28,080 nucleotides of DNA. Source: a virus (lineage: Duplodnaviria; Caudoviricetes). The translations under genes and the position numbers were made by a program. The notes under the pieces were generated by a model that saw only the letters and a list, made by a program, of their open reading frames with translations, was not told where the DNA came from and made no database searches. The stretch is from positions 1 to 28,080 of the IMG/VR virus record IMGVR_UViG_3300033067_001342; one strand, written 5' to 3'. Positions 16,416-23,302 of this stretch are shown here, one piece after another (within the stretch, counting starts at the first letter, position 1; every line of letters begins with the position of its first letter).

Positions 16416-16467
16416 CCAAGGGGCGAAGTGGAAAGATAACCCTCGGGGGAATCCTCCACTCCCTTGG
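16416..16467 (-). promoter_or_regulatory. long imperfect intergenic RNA hairpin (no U-tract)
   Basis: Minus-strand RNA CCAAGGG-AGUGGAGGAU-U-CCC-CCGA-GGG-UU-AUCUUUCCACU-UCGC-CCCUUGG, about 20 bp with bulges. Confidence 0.6.
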
Positions 16468-16471
16468 AACC

Positions 16472-17188
16472 TTAAGGGAACCATAATCCATAATCGCCGC
16501 CCGCCCGACCGAGAAGGGATTCTGAGGGCGCAATTTGGGGGTCACCTTGATCGATTCCTTCATTTTTGGCCTCATCCATCATCGTCGAATTAGCGAGTTG
16601 GTATTGCATTTGCATTTTTTCATAATCACCCGTAGTTGCAAAGTAAACGTAGCGGAGAACATCGACCCACATTTGGATCTGGCTATCATAGTTGCCCCCA
16701 TCCGAAGAGGGAACCGCTAGTGTCTGGTAATTATCCCGCGTGATAACCGGAGGGAAGGTTTTCATCGTCGCGGTGACCATGAAATCCGGGGCACAATGAG
16801 AACCCCCTGGGCGGGGCCACATCCTTAATGCTCTTGAGGAGGAATTGAAGGAGATCTGTTGGGGGAGGCCGATTAGATTGGTGGGATCTAATTCGCGTCG
16901 GGGATCAATCTTATTAATGACGGGAACCCCAGTGGTATTCCAACCTACAATTTGGGCGCGCATGATCTTTTCCATATTATCGGGGACAACTACAATAGGA
17001 CGCCCGTAGTCTTGTTCATAAGGGATGAGCCAGAATGGGGCAAGATTAGCCTGGGTAAAGCGCCAATCGAAGCGCTTCCAGATGATGTTTTGCATCACAT
17101 TCAGGAGATAAATACCTCTGGAATCCTCAATGATACGAGCCGTACCGATATTAGCGATTTGGGTTAGTTCGGCGTAGGTGTATGACAT
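16472..17188 (-). CDS. head-tail adaptor / tail ring protein, paralogue 2
   Basis: Start moved to ATG 17188 (TAATG overlap). LLN..QN.IWKRFDWRF, EQDY and LRMWPRP follow the adaptor/tail tubular A pattern. Confidence 0.72.
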   Translation of the reverse strand: MSYTYAELTQIANIGTARIIEDSRGIYLLNVMQNIIWKRFDWRFTQANLAPFWLIPYEQDYGRPIVVVPDNMEKIMRAQIVGWNTTGVPVINKIDPRRELDPTNLIGLPQQISFNSSSRALRMWPRPGGSHCAPDFMVTATMKTFPPVITRDNYQTLAVPSSDGGNYDSQIQMWVDVLRYVYFATTGDYEKMQMQYQLANSTMMDEAKNEGIDQGDPQIAPSESLLGRAGGDYGLWFP

Positions 17189-17886
17189 TACCTCGTATCC
17201 CCCTTCGCATCCGCGTAGACATCCCATTCATAAGTAAACTCCTCACTCTTTTTCATTTCATTTATGAGATACTCAAAATTCGCGAGTTCGCTTCCTAGCT
17301 TAGTGGAGCCGCGATCATCCCTAGTAATGTCGTATCCGCGCGTATCATCGGCGTATTTGTACGCATTAATGAGGACCCCACTCTTATAAACATGGAACCA
17401 TCTATCATCTTGAACTAAACAAGCTGTGCCCGCATTTGCCGACGTAATCTTAGGCGGGTTCTTCTTATAATAGAGAAGAATCTTCTGCGTATCCGAAGGC
17501 ATCGTCGAAGGAGGTTTGGGATAAATTCTAACAGTATTACTCCCCACAATAGGGGCTATGGAAATAGGCTGTCCCACGCGCCCCGGAGTTGCTGGTAAAA
17601 GGGGAACGATGGCGAGCGGCTTAAGAATCTTATCACTATTGAATAATTGGGCCAAATATAGATGGCCAAAATCCGAGGGAAAATTCCCCGTCACAGCGTA
17701 ATCAATCGTATCCGCCGCCACCGTTATGGTATCTAGGTAACCAATAGTCCAAGGCCAAGCCGCCGCATTCCACAAACGAGAACATGCTTCGTCAAGGATT
17801 TGATATTGGACGCGGGAGAGATTCATCTCCTTTGTCATGTAATTGGCGTAGTTGAATGCTTCGTTTGGGGTATATGTGACGGCCAT
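17188..17886 (-). CDS. head-tail adaptor / tail ring protein, paralogue 1
   Basis: ILDEA..RLWNAAAWPW, TIDY...PSDF, VRIYPKP, LLYYKK and DDRWFH follow the adaptor pattern. Confidence 0.75.
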   Translation of the reverse strand: MAVTYTPNEAFNYANYMTKEMNLSRVQYQILDEACSRLWNAAAWPWTIGYLDTITVAADTIDYAVTGNFPSDFGHLYLAQLFNSDKILKPLAIVPLLPATPGRVGQPISIAPIVGSNTVRIYPKPPSTMPSDTQKILLYYKKNPPKITSANAGTACLVQDDRWFHVYKSGVLINAYKYADDTRGYDITRDDRGSTKLGSELANFEYLINEMKKSEEFTYEWDVYADAKGDTR

Positions 17887-17902
17887 CTTCGCTTACCTTT
17901 CG

Positions 17903-18307
17903 TTAATACTTGGGACCACCGAAGTATTCCATATCACTCCGCAGGTGGGCCGGGATTGCGTCATAACTATCATACTGTTTCTTGCAGAACTGACAGAACG
18001 CGAGGAAGCCATTAAAAATCTGCCCATTCTTATCCTTCGCCGTTCCAAGCCGTTGCCCACGAATGAAGGAGATATTTTTCGCTGAGTGGGGGCAGTTCTC
18101 TTGAGCATGGGCCTGTTCAATCTTTGTCTTCGTGGCCTCTTCAACGTCGCGTTTGACACCCTCAAGGCGCTTCGCTTCCTTACGTTCCCACTCAAGTTTA
18201 TTCTCCTCTTCCTCCTTCATCTCTTGGAGGAGCTTTCGGTATTGGAGTTTTTGCAACTCCGCTGTGTAATCTACCGTCTGGGTAGTCTTTGTTAAATCTT
18301 GTGCCAT
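17903..18307 (-). CDS. coiled-coil protein with CPH...CQFC putative zinc site
   Basis: Charged N-terminal helix; CxH and CxxC motifs; SD-like AAGGAAAGG upstream. Confidence 0.7.
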   Translation of the reverse strand: MAQDLTKTTQTVDYTAELQKLQYRKLLQEMKEEEENKLEWERKEAKRLEGVKRDVEEATKTKIEQAHAQENCPHSAKNISFIRGQRLGTAKDKNGQIFNGFLAFCQFCKKQYDSYDAIPAHLRSDMEYFGGPKY

Positions 18308-18334
18308 TCTCTTATGTAACCTTTCCTTATCTAC

Positions 18335-19000
18335 TTAAAACTTCCACCCATTCTTAGAGTGAAGTGAATTCCAACTTTGCCTTGATGAGCGCCCAAACAC
18401 CTTCTCTACCTCATTCGGTGTCGCAAGTTTCAACTCTACTATCTTCATCAAGATAGTTCGGTATCCCCGCGCGTGGGCATCGAAAGGGTTCTCTCCTTCC
18501 GTCTTATACTCCCACTTCCACCCAGGTAGTAGAGAACCGTCCTTAGATTCATGGCGGCGCGTTTCCGCATTCCATTTCATCTCCGGCATATCTATCGGCT
18601 TCAAGAGGGAGAGCGAGAAATCCCGCACCATCTCTCGTTTCACTACGACCGTAGAAAACTCGGGCACATCTACCTTTCCGTAAGCAGAGATGCGAATTAA
18701 GTTACCAGACGGGGACTGATAACATAGGCCCTTAAAGAGGGGGTTGATATCATTGAAAACGTAATGATCTCCGTTTGGTAATTTCCGAATCATCTTTTCA
18801 AACGAAGTAAAATGTAACGCTTTTCCCCTCTGGTGCGCCTTATCATCCACGGGGGCATCGGCATCAATCACTACAAGCGACCTTCGCTGTTCCTCAAGCC
18901 AATCCGTTACCTTTTGTTTATCCCGCGCGCAATCATCGAAGAATTTAAGCGCTTTCGCCTTATCTTCGTCTACGATCCCTACGTGTTTACGTCCGGCCAT
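18335..19000 (-). CDS. hypothetical protein (221 aa)
   Basis: Long ORF packed 1 nt after the upstream stop. Confidence 0.75.
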   Translation of the reverse strand: MAGRKHVGIVDEDKAKALKFFDDCARDKQKVTDWLEEQRRSLVVIDADAPVDDKAHQRGKALHFTSFEKMIRKLPNGDHYVFNDINPLFKGLCYQSPSGNLIRISAYGKVDVPEFSTVVVKREMVRDFSLSLLKPIDMPEMKWNAETRRHESKDGSLLPGWKWEYKTEGENPFDAHARGYRTILMKIVELKLATPNEVEKVFGRSSRQSWNSLHSKNGWKF

Positions 19001-19001
19001 A

Positions 19002-19205
19002 CTACTTAATGAATTCCTTCCAAAGTGTAAAAAGTGTTAAAAGGGCGGAATAGCCCCCAAGTGCGCCCATAAGATACTTCTCCACGTGACGTATCCTGTT
19101 CTCGTGGTCTTTCAACATATCCTGCTGCCCATTTACAACAACCTCTAATTTCTTGATGAGCCTATCGAATTCTTCTCGAATCACTGTGATTAGGTTATGC
19201 TCCAT
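19002..19205 (-). CDS. small coiled-coil + C-terminal TM protein (XhlA/holin-like architecture)
   Basis: KDHENRIRHVEK followed by hydrophobic YLMGALGGYSALLTLFTLW. Confidence 0.65.
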   Translation of the reverse strand: MEHNLITVIREEFDRLIKKLEVVVNGQQDMLKDHENRIRHVEKYLMGALGGYSALLTLFTLWKEFIK

Positions 19206-19216
19206 TTCGTTATTTT

Positions 19217-19612
19217 TTAATTTACCTCCGGGGGAGTTCCAGGGAATGTCGTTACGGCGACGATAGTGGGGGGTTCAAAGGTATTTGTTGTAACGGTGAA
19301 CGTAGTAGAGGGCTCCGTGGTCATTAGTTGATAATTGATATCACATAACCACGCCACATATTCCGTATTCGGAGGGGTTATATCACTCGTATAGAAAACC
19401 TTCGTGTTCGTCTCGGGGGTCCCTAATTTGATACGAATCATATAGAACGGAGGGAGCGCGATGGGGGACACCATATCTGAGGGTTTCACGGTGGGCCAAT
19501 TTGTTCCACCGCTTTGAGGGGGCACTACTCCTATAAGGAGCCACCCATCGAAGAGATCCCCATTGGACCAATATATCGTACCAGTTGCCGTTGATTTACG
19601 AGGTGCGCTCAT
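19217..19612 (-). CDS. beta-rich virion protein resembling a stand-alone fibre N-terminal attachment module
   Basis: TGTIYWSNGDLFDGWL...DITPPNTEYVA pattern; Thr/Pro-rich; GGGAG upstream. Family assignment is a recollection. Confidence 0.55.
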   Translation of the reverse strand: MSAPRKSTATGTIYWSNGDLFDGWLLIGVVPPQSGGTNWPTVKPSDMVSPIALPPFYMIRIKLGTPETNTKVFYTSDITPPNTEYVAWLCDINYQLMTTEPSTTFTVTTNTFEPPTIVAVTTFPGTPPEVN

Positions 19613-19634
19613 CGTTATTTTCTAACTCCCTTAT

Positions 19635-19645
19635 TCAATTTTACC
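19635..19645 (-). promoter_or_regulatory. late promoter-like motif GGTAAAATTGA
   Basis: One of four intergenic copies; 22 nt upstream of ATG 19612. Confidence 0.55.
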
Positions 19646-19668
19646 TCATTTCGTTCCCTCATAGGATT

Positions 19669-19708
19669 AAAGAAAAACGCCCCAAAGGTTTGAGTTACCC
19701 CTGGGGCG
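19669..19708 (-). terminator. intrinsic terminator after capsid/decoration genes
   Basis: CGCCCCAGGGGU-AACUCAA-ACCUUUGGGGCG followed by UUUUUCUUU on the minus strand. Confidence 0.88.
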
Positions 19709-19740
19709 CGTGAAAGAAGGAACGAAGGAATGAGACTAAC

Positions 19741-19797
19741 CTAACAGTTTTTACGGGGCGGCTTGGGCGCAGGCATGGGCTTGGGCTTATTCTTCAT
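19741..19797 (-). CDS. 18-aa Lys/Pro-rich micro-ORF MKNKPKPMPAPKPPRKNC
   Basis: ATG 3 nt after the decoration gene stop, AGGGG 8 nt upstream, ends in TAG before the terminator; below the ORF-track cutoff. Confidence 0.5.
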   Translation of the reverse strand: MKNKPKPMPAPKPPRKNC

Positions 19798-19800
19798 CTC

Positions 19801-20304
19801 TTACGCCCCTACTGCGTTTCCGAGGTTATAAACCACCTCTACGACAACGCTTAGCTGAGTTGCGGCAGAACCATTTGAGCCCGCACCCGTGTTGGTGATC
19901 GTGATAGTATCACCCGCCACGAGAGCAAGATCAGCCGCCGTTGAGGTGAGAACGGGGTTAACGCTCGTGGTAAAGGCAGTAACACCGCTAGATCCGATGG
20001 AACGAGTGATGGACCCCGCGACGTTATTTGAGGAGATCACCCCCGCAGTACCAAGGACGTTTACAGCCGAACCAACCGCGACATTCTGGGGCCGCTTCGT
20101 TACAGTAATGGTATCCGTGCGATCCGAAGATTGGGTACAAAGTGCGGATGCAAAGACGCCCGTTACTGTGCCAGCGTAGGGGATAACGAAGGTAGCGGAA
20201 CCCGTTGCGGCGGTGGCTTGATTAAGGACAAAGCGGGTTTTATAAGTACCTTCCGCATATCCCGTGGTTGCGACATTTCCGAGTAGTTTAAGTGATGTGG
20301 GCAT
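19801..20304 (-). CDS. putative capsid decoration/cement protein
   Basis: Directly follows the capsid gene with a strong AAGGAG; Ala/Thr/Val/Gly-rich beta-sandwich-like sequence (ALVAGDTITI). Confidence 0.65.
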   Translation of the reverse strand: MPTSLKLLGNVATTGYAEGTYKTRFVLNQATAATGSATFVIPYAGTVTGVFASALCTQSSDRTDTITVTKRPQNVAVGSAVNVLGTAGVISSNNVAGSITRSIGSSGVTAFTTSVNPVLTSTAADLALVAGDTITITNTGAGSNGSAATQLSVVVEVVYNLGNAVGA

Positions 20305-20324
20305 TTTATTCTCCTTTTATCCGC

Positions 20325-21323
20325 TTAGAGCCCCAACCGCGTCGGCACATCCCAGGTTACATACCGGAAGTTACCACCGATACCAGAGGGACCTTCAGTT
20401 ACCACACCTAGGAAGGTATAGCGATAGGAAACGATGGTGCCCATTTCGCCAGTGGGATCGTAGGGGGTAGGGCCACGACTGGAGATGGTGTTGATGCGGA
20501 ACTTCTGGGTATTAGGATCTGTGACATCCGAGGGTGCGGCACCTTCCAGAGATGAGTAACCGACGCCGTTCTTGGCAAAGAGATAGGCGCGATAGGTATT
20601 CGGCGACCCAGCGGTAACATTCACATTCGTGGTACGGAGCCACTTAACGCCGTTGAACACGTCCCCACCCTGCTTACGCGCATTGGTGTCGCTATTAAGG
20701 AACTTAGGCGCGCCCTGGTACTTGAACATATCCGTGTAGCCGTTCACCGCTGGGTCATTCACTACGTCAAACCACGTGTAGGGGTGGAGGATACAAAGGA
20801 AATTACCATCATCGAAGGGTAGAAAATCACGACCTTGGAGGCGCGTATAGCCCCCGCGAACGTCCTCACTCGTTAGGTAAGTATCATTCGCGCTAATCAC
20901 CGTGGAGGCATTGAAGTTGTCAATGACGGCCCGCATGATTAGGTCATTGGAGAGGCCCGCTTGATAACCGAGTAGATCGGAGGCATTCTCCGCAATCTGG
21001 TCAATCGCGGTGTCTTGGACGAAGCTCGAAAGGGACATGAACGCGGAATACTGGGACAGATCCCCGCCCACGATCTTAGAAGTCATCGTCAGAGACGTAC
21101 CCACGGTGCCTTCACGGGAGGGGGTAGTGGAGCCCGTCATGTTGTCATAACGGAACCACTGACAGGTGCGCCCCACTCGTTTGGGCATCATATCGCTAAA
21201 GGCAGGTTCCTTAAAGCGAAACGTTTTCTGTGCCCGGTCAAGACCCACTTTTGAGTAGTACGTAGCTACTAGGTGGGCTAGCCCAGTGCTCGAAGTCGTT
21301 ACACCAACAGGTACGTATGCCAT
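20325..21323 (-). CDS. major capsid protein (HK97 fold, N4-gp56-like family)
   Basis: 332 aa following the scaffold. MPKRVGRTCQWFRY, TPSREG, LSQY..FMSLS, LGYQAG..D and CILHP....D.. segments are typical. Confidence 0.88.
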   Translation of the reverse strand: MAYVPVGVTTSSTGLAHLVATYYSKVGLDRAQKTFRFKEPAFSDMMPKRVGRTCQWFRYDNMTGSTTPSREGTVGTSLTMTSKIVGGDLSQYSAFMSLSSFVQDTAIDQIAENASDLLGYQAGLSNDLIMRAVIDNFNASTVISANDTYLTSEDVRGGYTRLQGRDFLPFDDGNFLCILHPYTWFDVVNDPAVNGYTDMFKYQGAPKFLNSDTNARKQGGDVFNGVKWLRTTNVNVTAGSPNTYRAYLFAKNGVGYSSLEGAAPSDVTDPNTQKFRINTISSRGPTPYDPTGEMGTIVSYRYTFLGVVTEGPSGIGGNFRYVTWDVPTRLGL

Positions 21324-21343
21324 ATGTTAGAGTTTTCTCTCTT

Positions 21344-21392
21344 TCAATTTTAGTATAACATGGGGGATTTTTAATGATCCCCCACGTATAAC
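21344..21392 (-). promoter_or_regulatory. hairpin overlapping promoter-like elements upstream of the capsid gene
   Basis: Inverted repeat ACGUGGGGGAU/AUCCCCCAUGU with an 8-nt loop; overlaps TGTTATACT (extended -10) and ACTAAAATTGA. Confidence 0.6.
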
Positions 21393-21406
21393 TTAGATCG
21401 AGAGCC

Positions 21407-22060
21407 TTAAGTGGTTATGAAGGTGGGGTAGTAATCGGTGATCGCTTTTCGGATAGCGCCGATCTTATTCGTAGCGGTCATACCGGGCGTATTAACAATC
21501 TTACCTACGAGAATAACCCGCGCCTCATCGTCCATCTTAGGTGGCTTAGCCATCTGGAGGAACTCTTGGTAGTCGTAGCCGATCACGGAGTCACCGGAGG
21601 GAGTAACGATAAAGACGAAGGAACCATCCCGCACGGGGTAATCGATGGGGACCAGTTGGGGGTTACCTGCGATGTTAATTTCTACCGCCTCATCTGGAGT
21701 AAGGGAACGTTTAATGATATACGGAACACCCTGGGGGAACATATATGCGTGTTCCGTTAGGGTATTTACAACGGTGTAGTTATAGGTCGAAGTGAAGAGA
21801 GGATTATTGCGGTCAATCGGGGTGAGCGCAATCTTACCCTCTGGTGTGCGGGCAAAGAAGTTATATTCTAACGCCGCCCCAGAAACGGCCCCCCAGAAAC
21901 CAAAGGGGTTTGAATAGATCGGGGACGGATCTCGCCACAACTTAGTGGGCTTCGTTGGGTTTCGTGGCGCGGGTTGACCGGGGGCCTTTTGAGCCCAATC
22001 GGCTTCATTCTTGAACCAGTTAATCCCGCCCGGAATTAGATCATAGATGGTGTAAGGCAT
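21407..22060 (-). CDS. hypothetical protein (217 aa) between scaffold and capsid
   Basis: Long ORF starting 3 nt after the scaffold stop. Confidence 0.75.
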   Translation of the reverse strand: MPYTIYDLIPGGINWFKNEADWAQKAPGQPAPRNPTKPTKLWRDPSPIYSNPFGFWGAVSGAALEYNFFARTPEGKIALTPIDRNNPLFTSTYNYTVVNTLTEHAYMFPQGVPYIIKRSLTPDEAVEINIAGNPQLVPIDYPVRDGSFVFIVTPSGDSVIGYDYQEFLQMAKPPKMDDEARVILVGKIVNTPGMTATNKIGAIRKAITDYYPTFITT

Positions 22061-22063
22061 AAA

Positions 22064-22894
22064 TTAAACTCTCCCGCCTAGGGCCGCGATAGTGCGCTCC
22101 AGATCCTCCTTAGACATCTGTGGCGCAAGACGAACGGCCATATCTAACTGCGACGGAGGGGCACCACCATTCTGGATATTTGAGGTAGAGGGAGGGGGTG
22201 GTGGGGCTCCGTTAAAGTTATAACCCCCAGGCTGACCCGGTTGACCACCTTGACCTTGTAGGGTCTGTAGTAACTGTTGCCGCTGTTGTTCTCTAAAAGC
22301 GTTCTCATCGGGGATCAACTGCTTAGAAACCGCCCACGAACTTGCGATTTCCAAATTCTGGGCCGTAACAGGCATCCCGTTTTGTTTACAAACGGCCTCT
22401 AGGCCCGTCATGATGCGAGTATCACCGTAGAGGGGATGCGCCATCGTAAACCGTTGCCGCTCCAACTGTCCCTTCAATTCATCTAACTCCGCAAATCGGG
22501 ACGAAAGCGCCGTCTCAAGCGTTCCCCGTGGATCACTCACCAATCGCTGAACAAACGCTACCGGATCGTCCTCACCCACTGGTGCTGTAGGTGTAGTAAC
22601 TGATGGGGGAGGGGGAGGGGGAGGGGGAGTGGATTGTGCCGCCAATCGCGCCTCCCACTGTGACCGCTCATTTTGATAAGCCTGTGCAAACACCTGCATT
22701 CGCTTATCGAGTTCTCCCTGAAGCTCCTCGGGGGACTTAACACTAATTGTCTCGTTCCCAAATCGAACGTTAAGCGGAGCCCCCGATGGAGTAGATCCTG
22801 GACCACCTCCTTCCTTTTCTAAATACTTCGCAAGCGTGGCATCAAGGCCATTATCAACGGTTCCCGTGGGAGCCGGATTTAATACATCACTCAT
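22064..22894 (-). CDS. putative capsid scaffolding protein
   Basis: Lies between portal and capsid. SVKSPEEL followed by a coiled coil, Pro linkers, DP.AF..DP and C-terminal MSKEDLE helix. Confidence 0.72.
   Translation of the reverse strand: MSDVLNPAPTGTVDNGLDATLAKYLEKEGGGPGSTPSGAPLNVRFGNETISVKSPEELQGELDKRMQVFAQAYQNERSQWEARLAAQSTPPPPPPPPSVTTPTAPVGEDDPVAFVQRLVSDPRGTLETALSSRFAELDELKGQLERQRFTMAHPLYGDTRIMTGLEAVCKQNGMPVTAQNLEIASSWAVSKQLIPDENAFREQQRQQLLQTLQGQGGQPGQPGGYNFNGAPPPPPSTSNIQNGGAPPSQLDMAVRLAPQMSKEDLERTIAALGGRV
22605..22628 (+). repeat. perfect (GGGGGA)4 tandem repeat encoding poly-Pro in the scaffold
   Basis: Read directly: GGGGGA GGGGGA GGGGGA GGGGGA. Confidence 0.9.
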
Positions 22895-22924
22895 TTATAT
22901 AAAACCTTTCCTAATCTCTTAAAT

Positions 22925-22935
22925 TCAATTATACC
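22925..22935 (-). promoter_or_regulatory. late promoter-like motif GGTATAATTGA
   Basis: Contains a perfect TATAAT; intergenic, 30 nt upstream of the scaffold ATG. Confidence 0.6.
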
Positions 22936-22947
22936 GCTTCGCCCCAC

Positions 22948-23298
22948 TTAGGAGCGCCCACCCAAGAAGGTTTCCTTACCTAGGGAACCCTCCGCGATCC
23001 AGGGGTGGTCATGATTATCTCGTTCATTCTCTGCGAAGAGAAATTGTTGCTGGCTTTCCGTTACCTTTTGGTAAACGGCTTCCCTTAAAGTTTTGATCTC
23101 ACCGATGACGGAATTACATCCCCGAAGGTTATTAATTAACTGAATATCCTCATCCGTCGTGGAATCACACTCAAGAACCCCACGAGAGGTATCCGCGAGG
23201 GATTCATCGAGGATCTTCTCTAGGATTGCGTATCCTGGGGAGAGGAACATCTGGTGAAGGGCACTTAGGGCCGCTTGGTTTAGATTATCGAATTCCAT
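22948..23298 (-). CDS. small helical protein following portal (Bbp19-like position)
   Basis: ALHQMFLSPGYAILE pattern and position between portal and scaffold. Confidence 0.65.
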   Translation of the reverse strand: MEFDNLNQAALSALHQMFLSPGYAILEKILDESLADTSRGVLECDSTTDEDIQLINNLRGCNSVIGEIKTLREAVYQKVTESQQQFLFAENERDNHDHPWIAEGSLGKETFLGGRS

Positions 23299-23302
23299 TT
23301 AG

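Noticed and set aside
17189-17227. Extended N-terminus of ORF 16472-17227
   Set aside because: It overlaps the upstream gene by 40 nt. ATG 17188 gives a TAATG coupling and aligns with the paralogue's start.
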